DNA from: Protoeuglena noctilucae
Lineage: Eukaryota
NCBI GenBank assembly: GCA_958009085.1
Contig: OY253681.1
Location: forward strand, 620,001 to 684,000
Length of the DNA: 64,000 nucleotides
Reading direction: 5' to 3'
The notes under the pieces were generated by a model. That model saw nothing but the letters and a program-made list of their open reading frames with translations, did not search any database and was not told the DNA's origin. Shown here one piece after another: positions 48,413 through 60,300 of this stretch (positions are counted from its first letter, which is position 1; each line of letters opens with the position of its first letter). A program made the translations under genes and the position numbers.

Positions 48413-51400
48413 TCAGAACTGAGACCCATCCGAGTCATCAAAGGCGATGCTCTGCTCCTGCACCGCCATGGGCCGCTCCTCGGCATGGGAACCATGGGAG
48501 CCACCCCTCGCCATCTGCATCACACGAGAACGAAGGCGGCCGGCATCAGCATTGCATGTAGTGAAACTAAGCACATGCACCAACACTGCCCTCGACCCGA
48601 CCCTGTTTCCCACCGGCCGTACTCACCGCCCCTGCAGTCCCAGATACTGGGACAGTCTCCGGTGCGCCCCAGTCGTCGTCGTCGCTGTACTCCGACGAGG
48701 GCCGCGTCCCCGCACGTGCCACACCCGCTCCGCCGCCCGTCCCCGCCCCGGCAGCCTTCCCCACCCCGCCCGCCGTGCCCCCGTCGGTCCCCCTCGGAGT
48801 GTCGATGGCCCTCGTGCCGCCCGGCGCCACCACCGCGTCTCCAACATCCCGCAGCTCGTTCCCGGAGTTCACTTGACGCAGACCCTGCCCCAGCGCGGCT
48901 CCATGGGACTCCCCAGAGGCCCGACGCGACCCAGGGGCCGACCCGAGGACCACGGGGGCGGGGCCCGAGACCGCCTGCGGCTCGTGGGCCGACGGCCGGC
49001 GAGAGTCGCCGCCGGAGGTGCGGCTGCCGGCGCGGGAGCCGACCGCCGCGACGCCCGGACGCGGCGCAGGCACTCCCCCGCCCGCCCCCGCGCCCGTTTC
49101 TGGCAGTGACGCTGCCCGGGAGCCCGGCGGGTCGCTCTCGGCGTGCAACGAGGCCCTGGCGGACCCGATGGCCATGCGCCGCGCGGCCTCGCCGGCCCGG
49201 GCGACGGGGGGCGCCATGGGCGCGAGCTTGACGGACGGCACGACGCGCGTGCCCGAGGGGGTGTGCGAGGTGAAGACAGGTTCCTCGAATGACGGATTGG
49301 AGAGACTGTCCTCGTCATCAGACGGGAACACTCCACCGGCCACGGGCGGAGGGACGGGGTCGCGCCCGGACTGGCTGCCTTCCCTGTGCGGGGCGGCTGC
49401 CATGCTGGGAAGGCTGGGCATGGACGGCAGGGGCAGCGACGCTTCGCTGGAGACGCTCGACGCAGCCGGGGAGCGCGGGGCTCCTGCCGTGGGCTCCGTC
49501 GCGGAATGGGCAGGTGCAGCGTGGGCAGGTGCGTGGAGGCTGTTATCGTCGTTGTCGGGGGAGGGCGCGACGGCCCTGGCGACGAGCGACGAGGGCGCCA
49601 TGGGATCCGGGGGCAGGGAGATGGCATTGGTGGATGCGGTCTCCATCACGATCTCCGGCGCGTCGCCACCACCGGCCACGGAACCCCGGGGGGACTCTGT
49701 GGTGCTGTGGGGCATGGAGGTGGGGCCAGTGGAGACGCGGAGGCGGGACCCGGCGCCGTCGCTGCGGCGGCGGCCCCCCGGGTGGCTGCCGATGCCGTGG
49801 TCGGAGCCGCGGCGGGGCGAGGCCGGGGACCCTCGCAGCGACGACGGGGCTCGCGGGGACCGCGGCAGGGGCTCCGCGTGGTGCGAGCGGTCGGGAGGGA
49901 AGAGAACATCCGACGACGCGCCCACTGCCGGGGTTCTTTCGGCGCTGGAACGGCTCATGTCTGCGCTGTGGCGGGTCGTGATGGCGGCTCGCCCCGTCCC
50001 TGCCGTCGCCTCAGCAGAGGACGCGGGGCGTCCGGCGAGCCCCTCCGCCCTGCGCGCCCCCGGCATCGCCGTGAAGAGGCCCTCCTGGGAGGACGAGGTC
50101 GGCCGGGGCGGCGGCAGCTGGGACAGGCGGGGCAGCCCGGGGCCCGCATCGCCCTGCGGCGCCGTGGGTTGCGGTGCGGTCGCCTGCCCGGCAGACACCG
50201 GCGCCTGCGTTGCGGCACCCGCCACGGCCGCTGCCAGGGGGTTGGCCCAGCCGGCCTCGTCCTGTCCGGCAGAGGCGGCGGTGGCGAGCGGGGACGGCCC
50301 TGCTGGGCCTCTGGTGTGGCGCGTGGACCCTTCAGTGACCTCAGAGTCCGTGGAGAGCACTGAGGAGGCCTCGGGGTAGGGCCCGAAGTCCCCCGCGCGC
50401 ACGGCCGGCACGGCTTCCGGGTCCGCGCTTGGGCCGGAGGCCTCGGGGCGCGAGGGGCGGCGGGGGCTGGCGACTTGCGGCGCGCCGGGGGAGGAGGTAG
50501 GCAGGGGCCGGTCGGGGAGGGCCGCGAGGTGGCGGAGCATGCCGCGGCGAAGGACGTCGAACTGCGCGGCGCGCGCGGGGCCCAGGGCGCGGGCGACGGC
50601 GTCGCGGTTGGCCTCAAGCTGCCGGCTGGCGGCCACCAGAGCCGCGTCGGATACCGCGGTGGCACTCGGGGCGACGCCGAGCCCGGCGAGGGCGGCGTCC
50701 CGCTGGCTGACCATGCTGGGGACGAGGAGGGCCGTGGCGAAGGCGCGGACCTCGGCGTGCGTGTGGGGTTGCGCGGCCACCACGCCCCGGGGGGCACCCT
50801 GCGTGGAGATGGGGGGGGTCGAGTCGATGATAGGAATTGTTGATAATAATGTCAGTTGTTGCACTGGATGTGCTGCACAGTGCGCGGTATGAGCGGCACT
50901 GTGCTGGGCTTTGGATGGGTGGCTTTGCACCATGGCAACTGCAGTGCAATCTCGTCACCGCCCGTCAACCGCCAGTCACCTGCACTTGGTGAGGGAAGGC
51001 GGCGCGCCACGCGTTGATCTCCGCGAGGGTCATGGGAGGGACCGAGGCGCCCCGCTGTCGGATCTCGGCGGCCACCTCGGCGACTCTGACGGCGTCCTCT
51101 GCGGGGGGCGGCCGGTACGGGTCATATCTATAGTGTGGGGCGACGTGAGACGATGTCATGTGTTGCATGGGTCATACGATAACCATAGTGCAAGGCAACG
51201 TGCTGTGTCAGTCCCTGGCTGACTCTCATGCAGTGTGGGCTGCGTGGGCTTGACGCAACGCAGCCGCACAGCGCAACTTACCCCCCTCCCCCACGTCCTG
51301 CAGCACCCCCAGTGCACTGCGCATCTCGGCGTCGCGAAGGGACGTCTGCGCCTGCCGCAGCTGCCCCTCCGCCCTGGCAGCCTCCACGCCTTTGGCCAGC

Positions 51401-54400
51401 AAAGCGTCGCACCGCGCCACCAGCGCCCGGCCCCTCTCCAGCATCGCCTCCCGGTGGCGCTGCAGCTGCTTTGTCGTGGCCTGCGGAGAGGCGTGGGTGG
51501 CGTGAGAGGCAGCGTTGGGATTGCCGATCAGCTGCACAAGTAGGCAAGCAACCAATGGCATCCCGGCGCGGCACCACCATCACCCTCGTGCATGCTCTGC
51601 ATTCCCCATCACTCATCGCCTCTCGCACTCTCACCCGAATGGGCCCCACGTCCCTCTCAAGGCAATCCATCACCAGCACCAACTACACATCCCCAGCACT
51701 CATCGCCTCTCACCCTCATGGGCCCCACGTCCCTCTCCAATCGGTCCAGCACCGCCGCGCGCCCCGCCGCCACCTCCGACGCCGGCACGCGCTGCCCCGA
51801 CCCCTCCAGCCGCTCCAGCCACGCCTCCTTCGCACGCAAAAACACCGCCGCCTCCTCCGCCGTCGCCAACGCCTCCCTGTGCGCCGCGCTCCCCGCACCC
51901 TCCCAGGGCACCTCCCCAGCCGGCTCATCGTCGTCGGAATGCAGGGACAGCGACGTGAGCGTCGCGTACAGCACCCGCGGCTCGCTCGGGCCCCTGCCCA
52001 GGTGCTTCTCCAGTGAGTCCTCTGCTGTGGCGGCCTCGGCCCCCGACGCGACATCTGCCCCTGTGGTTCCCGCCACCGTACGCAGGCTCGGCTCCGCGTG
52101 GGGACCCGGCGGCGACGGCGACCGTTCCACGGGCGCGCTCTGCCGCCCGACCGCGTCGCCGCCGGCACCCGCGCGCCTTCCCTCGTCCGCCCTCACAGGT
52201 GGCAGCGGCGGCGGCAGCGGCGGCCGACCCCCGTCCACGGCTGGACCCTCCCCGGGGCCCTCGGGGCGCAGGGTAGCAGACGCGGTCGCACTCGCGCTGC
52301 TCCGGAGGTCCCCTGGCGCGGCGCCGCCCTCTGCGCGCCGCCCTGGCGAGGCCGGCTGTGACGCCGGGCTGAGAGGCCTTCGTGGGGGCGAGGTGCTTGG
52401 GGAGTCGGGCGCGGGGCGAATCTTGCTTGGCACTTTCTCTCGGCTCTCCCGGACCTGCACGGAGCGCGGGTGCGGGGCAGGGTAGGGGGCCGACAGAGCG
52501 GCAGTACTGGCGGGGGCACACGCACACAGCCAGGTCAAGTCTCTGTCGCTTGAACACCCAATGACACTCTGCGACCGCCCCAGGTCCCTCCCCTCGCTCA
52601 CCGAGGTGTGGCTGATGTCGGTGTGTCGCGTCTCGGACCGAATGACCTCCCTCTCGCGTATGGTGGTGGTGGGACGGGCCATCTCCTCTCGGAGCTTCGC
52701 GTAGAGATCCTGGCAGCGCCGGGCCAGGTCGTCCCTGCATACGGACACACAGAGACTCTGGCGTGGTTGCTAGCACGTCATCGACACGCCCCTGACATTG
52801 CAAGCACGCACGCCCGGTGCGGCAAGGGACTCGCTGCAGGTCCATCACGCCCGATGCGACAAACCTAGCCAGGTCTGCACAAGCTATGACCGCCCTCACC
52901 GCTCGGACCGCAGCTGGTCGAACGCGGCCTGGGAAACGCCCTTCCCGCCCTCTGCCGCCTCGCTGCGCAAAGCCTCCACCATCCGCTGCAGGCGGGCCAC
53001 CTCACGCTTGGCCGCATCCGCCTCCGCTTCCGCCTCTGCCTTCGCGCGCTGCGGGTGGCGGTGCGCACAGGTCGCGTAAGATAGCTCGTCAGCTGTCTGA
53101 CGCCAAGCAAGCACCCAGGGGGGCGCGAGCGACACCCGCGGTGCCGGGGGCGCCTCACCCGCAACGCCGCTGCCTCCGCCGCCCCCTCCGCCCGCCCGCG
53201 CTCCTCAGCCCGGGCCAGCGCCCCCGCCACGTCCTCGTCCCCGGCCTTGCGCGCCTCCTCCCTCCGCAGATTCTGCCTGAGTCGGTCCGCCCGCGCCTCC
53301 GCGGCTCGCCTCGCCTCCTCCCTCGCAGCCAGCTCCCGCGCCGCCTCCTGCAGCGCCCTGTCGCGCTCCTCCAGCAGCGACACCATGCGGTCCATGCGAG
53401 CCTGGTCCTCCCGACGCCGCCTTTCGTCCTCCTCGCGCCTCCGCGCCGCCTGCCGCGCAAGCGAAGCGGGCCCTTGCAGCGACCCGACACAATGACCCAG
53501 GCCGCGACGGTCCTAAGCAAAGCGCAACGCGCCCCGCATCCTCGCGAGCAGCGCCCTCACCTCGTCCCGCACGCGCTGCAGCTCCATCCGCAGCTTGTCC
53601 ATCTCCCGTGCGAGCGCGTCCCTGTCCGCCGTGACCTGGCTCAGGGTCACCTGGGCCTGGGCCAGGTCGCCACGGAGGTCCCGGGGCGGCGGCGCGGCGG
53701 GAGCGGGGGCGGCGCGCAGGGCGTCCCTGCCCATGAGCGCCAAGACCTGCGAGGGTGGGGTCGCGCTCGGGACCCTCAGAGATGAGCTACGGGTCATCAC
53801 ACGGCGCGCCTTGCAAGTTGTATCCCTGGTGGAATTGAGCAGAACAGAGCAGGGTACAGCCCGTCTCGAGTGCTGGCTCTCGCCTCATACGTTGCCAGCT
53901 GCTTCTTCATGCGCCGCAGGTCGTTCTTCGCCTTGGCCAGGAGGGCCTTGACCTCGTGCAGCCGTGCATCCAGCGCTGCGCACTGCTTGCCCAGGCGCCG
54001 CCTGGACACGCGGGGTGCCGAAGGGCGGTGTCAGGAGGGCTCAGGAGGCCAGCACATGGCAAGAGGCATCACTCAAGCCCACTCCACGCAGACTCACCGA
54101 TCCGAGTCGAGGGCCGCGTTTTGGTAAAGGAGCTCCTCTTGGGAATAAAGCAGGTGCTCGATGCATAGCTGGGCGAGCCTGCGAATGCGCGGGGAGGCTT
54201 GTTGGCCCGACATAGCGTGTACCTCGTGCTGGGAAGTGCTTCTGCTCCCGTCAACTCGCCTGAAGATGCGGAGGAAGTTGATTTCGGACACGTACAGGGG
54301 GTCCTCCGCCTCGATGTCGCCGAAAGCGACCAGGTCGAGGATTGCCTGCAGCGGCGCGACGTCGTTCGTGCGGACGATGCGGTCCACATCGACCCCGTGG

Positions 54401-54632
54401 AGCACGCGCCAGTCGATCCGGTGTCGCTGCTTGGTGAATGAAAAGGGCTTCGGAGCCACCTTCGCCAGCGCGGCTGGGCCTGCAGGCGCTTGGTGGGGAA
54501 GGCGTTTCGGTGGATGCGGCACTTTGCCAAGCTCGCCGCTTTGCACGCCGGCCTCTGCTCGCCTGCAGGCTCGCGCTGCGGACCCGCATCACTCGCGCCG
54601 TCGTCGCGGTCGTAGTAGATGGAGTCGCGCAT
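48413..54632 (-). CDS. DZIP1/Iguana-like ciliary basal-body protein: Dzip-like N domain, coiled coils and a long low-complexity tail
   Basis: FSFTKQRHRIDWRVLHGVDVDRIVRTNDVAPLQAILDLVAFGDIEAED..NFLRIFR|LAQLCIEHLLYSQ is the Dzip-like_N signature. Downstream exons are coiled-coil. The last exon ends DSDGSQF*. Confidence 0.8.
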
Positions 54633-54835
54633 CGCCCGGTCGGCCGTGAGAGACGGCTCGCGTATTTGAAAAACTAGGGGCCCCCGCCGCGTACCGCGGC
54701 CCCTGGCCGCTGCGACAGCAACTACTCGCGAGACTTCGGTTGCGGACAGGTCCAAGGGCCCCGGAAAGGACGCCGCCAGTCTCTTTAGGGCCGCTACTCC
54801 TGCGCTGCAATGAATGAGAGCCTCTACGAAGACAC

Positions 54836-54932
54836 GGCGACGCCCCGGACCGGCGACGGTGCAGCGAGGGTGGCTGCTGAGCGACGAGTCGGGGAAAGGG
54901 GTCGCGGACGAATCGGCGCACCGTGACACGGC
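54836..54932 (+). repeat. Diverged direct repeat, copy A (copy B at 57072-57188)
   Basis: ggcgacgccccggaccggcgacggtgcagcgagggtggctgctgagcgacgag...cgcaccgtgacacggc aligns with copy B. Confidence 0.8.
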
Positions 54933-55293
54933 ACGCTGGCGCGCAACCGACGGGGCCTCCCCCAAGCGGCCCGGGCACCGACCGGGGGGACTCGGGCCCG
55001 GCGCAGCGAACATCTCGCGAGTCGTCGCATGCGAGCTTGAGCCATCGGTCGCGAGCGCGAGAGCGGAGTAAGCTAGAACTTGTTTGGACACAAGTCCTTC
55101 CGGCGTCCGCGCCGCAACGTTCCGGGGCCGACGGGGCCGGGTGTAGAACTTGTGAGTGGGGCATGGAACTGCTTGGCGAGACGGGGCCGGCACAGAGGCC
55201 TCCGCCGCCGCACCCGCGCTTGTGTTGGATGTGCTGCATGCGTGGGCAGTCGTCACCGTGTGCGCGGCCGGCGTGTCCGCAGACGAGGTCGCA

Positions 55294-56584
55294 ATGCCGG
55301 GCGGTAAGAAGGGAAAGCGAGTGCAGAAGGCCGATTGCAGGGTTCCGCGCGTGGGTGAGGCGCAGCGGCGAGGCCGTTTGCATATCGCTTTGGCTAGGCG
55401 TCGCTTTAACTGGGTCGCGAGGGCACCTTGCGTGGGCCGCTCGCGCGCGCAGGGTGGGACGACGTGCCCGGGGAGCTGCATCGCGAAATTCTGCGGCTGG
55501 TGCCCCTGCGCGACGCGACGGCGGCGCGGGGGGTGTCGCGAGAGATGCGCGACAAGGTGGATGAGGTGTGGAGGGAGTGGGGCATCCGTGGCACGACGGA
55601 GGACACGGACTATGAGTTCCTGAAAGAGTTGATGTCTTCAGAGAACGACCATGAGCTCAAGTGCGGCCCGCTGGTGGCATACGCGTGTGAGACCCCCGCG
55701 CACCACCTGACGAGCCTGAGGCTGTGGAGGCTGGCCCTGCTGGAGGCGGACGAGCTGGAAATCAATGGCCAATTTGGGAACATCCAGTTTTGGGACCAAA
55801 CGCCGCTGATGGTGGCGGTGCGGGCTTCGCGGCCGGTGGGGCGCGGGGCGGATGGCAAGGTGAAGTGGGCGCACGCACTTGGGGACAAGGAGGTGGCGCG
55901 GATGGTGCGGGTGGCGAGGGGGTTGGGGGCGAATTTTATTGTCGGCCGGAGAACGCGTGGCCGCTGATGACGTACTGCGCGATGCGGGGCTGCGTGGAGG
56001 CAGTCAAGGCGTGCATGGCAGCGGGGGCGGAGGTGGATGCGACGAGTACCGTGGGTACGTTTAGCAGCAATGGGTGGTGGACGGCGCTGGTGCATGCCGG
56101 ACGCGGGGGTCACGAGGCGGTGGTGGAGGCGCTGCTGGAGGCGGGGGCGTCGGCCACGGCCGCGCCTGGTACCAGCGATGAGAAGCTGGTAGCGGTGTGC
56201 GAGGGTCGAACGACTCCGGGCATCGTGCGCCGGCTGGTGGAGGCGGGTGCGGACGTGACTGCAGAGGTCGGCTACTTACATTCAGCCCTTCTAATCGCGG
56301 CTGAGGAAGGCGACCTGGCCATCCTGGAGGCTATGATGGACGCGGGCGCCGACATTACGTGCGTCGATCTGCTGATGGACGCCGGGGCGAACCTGGAGGT
56401 GCGAGACGAGAAGCTTTTGATGCCCATCTACGTCGCAGCAACAAACTTGCCTCGCAAAGCCGAGGTGGTGCTGCGGATGGCTGACCGCGGCGCGGACCTG
56501 GTCAACACGGGCGGGGAGCCGGGGTTTGTAGAGGGCCTGGTGAAAAAGCTGCGAGCCGAGCGCAGCGGCGGCGGGCCCGACTGA
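55294..56584 (+). pseudogene. F-box plus ankyrin-repeat protein gene with an apparent 1-nt frameshift near 55938 (pseudogene or sequencing error)
   Basis: Exon 1 MPGGKKGKRVQKADCRVPRV, intron 55355-55452, then F-box GWDDVPGELHREILRLVPLRDATAARGVSREMR and ankyrin QTPLMVAVR. The frame stops at 55967, but ankyrin repeats continue in another frame (WPLMTYCAMRGCVEAVKACMAAGAEVD, WTALVHAGRGGHEAVVEALLEAGA, HSALLIAAEEGDLAILEAMMDAGAD). Confidence 0.75.
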
Positions 56585-57071
56585 CCACAGGTAAGGGGTG
56601 TCGGGATGTGGCAGAGCGGCCCTGTGGTGCAGCGTATGGATTGGTGCAGTCTTGGCCGCTGGCAGGCATGGCCAGTCGCAAGCGTGGGTCTGATGGCGGC
56701 GCACTGTGCCGCTAAGTGCAGGTGGTCAAGGGACCAGCGCTGGCGCACGTGGAGGAGCGTGGCGTAGGCTCGCTTGGTTGCTTGGACCCGACACCGGTGG
56801 AGAGCGACCACGTCCGCCCCGTGACAGGCAGCGATCCAACAGATAGATAGAGCCGCATGCGTCACTTGCTCGCGCCCTGCGCCTGCCTCGTGAGTACCCG
56901 TGGGACCTCGGTGCTTGATTCCAAGCGTTTCAATACAGCACGCAAACATACTCGGGGAACTCGACACGGCCTCCTTCCAGCCCCGCCTTGCGCGCCGCCC
57001 GCTCAGGGGCCTGCCTCCCCTCCTCACCGGTCCCCGCGAATCAGCGTGCTTGCGGGGGACGCATGGGGTCA

Positions 57072-57188
57072 GGCGGCGCCCCGGACAGGCGACGGCGCAG
57101 CGAAGGCGGCTGAGCGACGAGCTGGCAAGGTAAGTCCCGGGGGTTTGCGGAAGAGTCGCCGTGGAAGCCCGCCGCATCGTGACACGGC
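57072..57188 (+). repeat. Diverged direct repeat, copy B
   Basis: ggcggcgccccggacaggcgacggcgcagcgaaggcggctgagcgacgag...cgcatcgtgacacggc. It contains an extra consensus donor AAG|GTAAGT. Confidence 0.8.
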
Positions 57189-57393
57189 CCGACCAGCAGC
57201 TGCAGCACACAGTTACTCGGCGCGTTTCCCTGCGCACGCGCTGCCGTCCTGCCATTGCGTCCGCTTGCGACACCCACGCACCTGTCGTGCATAGCAGTGG
57301 ACGCAGAGAGTATCGAAAAGCTCAGCACCACTCCAGGCCTGCCGCGAGACCCGCGAGTGTTTCGGGCCCCGTCTGCGGGCGCCCCTGCCACAG

Positions 57394-60300
57394 ATGGCAG
57401 ACGCGGGATCCAGCCAGGGCGGCAGCAGCTACGATCCGCAGAGGTGTGTCCAGCTGCAGGCCACCGTCGGCGCTTCGTTGACTGCACGCATCCGGCTTGT
57501 GGCAGCGTTGTGGGTCTTTGATGAGCTCATTCGTGCCCAGATGCGATTTCCTTGGAGCTTTGTCTCCACTGGATAGGCCCAAGTCGCAAGCGTTTGGAGC
57601 CCGGGCGCCCGGGAGCGCACGGTCGACCTCTCGTGGCATAGCAGGGTCGTTTGTGACCCATCATCTCCGAGGCGTACAGGTCTTGCAGCGGAAATGGCCT
57701 TGCTTTCGGGAAAAGTTCCTCAAGTCTCGGGTGGTTGGGGTTACCGGCGTTCCCGCCCCCATCCGCCCTGCCGCTCCTTGTGTGATGTTTGTGGCTGCCA
57801 AATATGCCGTAGCTGGCTTCCTGCGCCCTGAGGTGCCGCGCTTTTGCGAAAAGTGTACTCCAACATGCCCTGACATTTGACCGCGCCGTCACCCGCCTCC
57901 GCGGCTCCATTCGCCCCACTGTCCGGCGGCTGCAGTTCCATCGGCTCCCATGATCGTGGCTCCGAGGGGGCTGCCTCGTCTGCGGCCGGACTGTCCCAGG
58001 CGGGGGCCGAGTACGGCGACCAGCTCTCGCGCCGGGGCTCCTTGGCGGATCAGCTGTTCCACTACCTTGGCGCCACCGAGAAGCTCGGCATCGAGAAGTC
58101 ATGGAAGCTGCAGGCAAGCTCCCGGGGGCGCAGCGTCGCCGCCCTGCGCCGCACCATGACAAGTCAGAAAGATGGCCGTGTCGCTCTCCAGCAGGGCCTC
58201 ATCCTGCTCTACCAGGTCGTCTTCCTCGGCATCTACGCGATGCACCCCAACCTGTGGGGGGACAGCATCTCGTGGACCGACAATCCCATCGGCCGCTGGG
58301 CGCTGCGCATCCAAGGGACGGGATGGGCGACCGTGTCCCGCGACGAGCGCGTGCTGGTGAGGCGGCGGTCGATGCCGATGTCCTGGCCACTAGAGCCGTC
58401 TTGATTTTCATTTCCATGTCCAAGGCTCGCCATCGGCGGGGCGGTGCTGTCGCGCGCAGACGGGCCTGGCCCTGTGCGCCATCGTCGTAACCCTGCTGCA
58501 CGCGGCCCTGGCGTTCCATGTCGGCTACTCGGTCCGGCGCGGCAAGGTGCCGCGCAAGGCGGAGCTCGTCATTGTCCGCGTCATCGAGTTCTTCTACTAC
58601 AAGGTCTTCGGGTGAGCTTGGGGGCTCGCTCTTATAGTCCTACATGTTTGTTTAATGCCTGCGAGGCCTTGGGGGTCGCTCTGAGATGCCTGTATGTTTA
58701 TTTAACACCTGCGAGACCCAGACGGACCACGGCGCTTCCGTCCCCGCTCGTCCGCAGGCTCACGGCGCTTGCGGTGCTGGTGGCGCCCCTCTCCTGCAAC
58801 TGGTCGGGCCAGCTGGCGGGCAAGACGTCCTCCAACATCTTCCTCAACTCGAGCCAATGCACGGGGACGCTGACCTTGATCGGACTTGGCGGGCTGGCCG
58901 TCGCCCTCCTCGTCCACGCCCCGATGTACGTCTTGCTCGCAATCAAGGACTGCGAGCTCAACCCCGTGACTCCCGTGCCCTTCGCGGGCGGCTCCATGCC
59001 CGCCGTCGCGCGCATCGCGGTCCTCAAAGTCGTCTCCCTGGTGAGAGAAAGGCCACAGCGCGGTCCTGCACTGGCTTGCTCTGCTCGCCCCTGACCTCAA
59101 CGAATCAAGTCCTCTGCACCCGCAGCTGGTGGTGCACCTGCTGACGGGCGCCGTGCCGGTGTTGTCCGCCATCATCGCCGTCCTCCTCTGGTCCTGGATC
59201 GTCTACGTCACGGTCGTGCGCCTGCCCTTCCTCGGCCACGCCCACGCGCGCGCCCGGGCCTTCTGCGCCGGGGCCATCGCCTGCGCCTTCCTTGCCTCGG
59301 CCGTCCAGGTCGGCGGCATCAACGCCGCGCCGCTGCTGGCCGCGGTGGCGCCCGTGGGGGGCCTCCTGGCCCAGGCGGGCGCGAGAGCGAGGATGTGCAA
59401 CGCCGTGGCCGTGGTTGGCAAGTTCAAGGAGATCCGCAAGAACGTCGTGCAGACGGACGAGCGCCTGCACAAGTTCATCGACCACGAGGACCCCGAGGTG
59501 TGGATGGGAGCCCTCGGCCTCGCTTGCACACACGTAGTCGCAGGCGCGGCCGTGGTCCCCGCACGGGCGGCGCCACTGCACTGGCTGGTTACCTGGCGCG
59601 TGGCTCAGCCGCCTGCTTGGAAGCGAGCCATTCTGCGGCCCTGACACCTCCCCCGCCTCGCCTGCAGCTCATCATCCGCTCGCTGCGCAAGACGGACGCC
59701 CAGCGCACCATTGATCCGGAGGATGTGGACGGCTGCTTCTCGGCGGTCAACCACTCCGTGTCGCATTTCCCGGACCGCGTGGAGGTGGTGCTGGCCATGG
59801 CCATCATCCAGGCCTTCTGCTTAGACGACGTCCACGCCGCCCACTCGTCAGCACAGAAGGCCCGGGGGATGCCCGTGTCGCTGGTGAGTGATGGCACGCT
59901 CGTCAGCTTAGGCATGGGGGGATGCCCGTGTCGCTGGTGAGCTAAGGGGGGCAAGGCCAGTGCAGATGTGTGCATGTTTGGAAGCGGTTGGGTACTGCCG
60001 GGCTCAGTCGCTCGCATCGCTCCCACCTTCGACTGATCATACAAACGATCACATGACCCGATGACCCCGCAGAGCACTCGCATCGAGCTGCTGACGCTGG
60101 AGAAGGAGCTGAGGAAGCGCCAGAACTCCACGGCTGGCGACAGCATGGACTGGAGCACGTACGTGGAGCTGCAGCACCGACTGAGGGTGCTCCTGCTCAA
60201 CAACAAGTGACGCGGCAGCATAGGCTAGGAAAGACACAGCGACCCCTCTGTCGTGTAATGTGCTGTGCAGGGACAGGCCGCTACCCCTGCCATGCCGTTG

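Noticed and set aside
55930..55945. Programmed -1 ribosomal frameshift in the F-box/ANK gene
   Set aside because: G AAT TTT is not a canonical X XXY YYZ heptamer. A simple 1-nt deletion or sequencing error explains it better.
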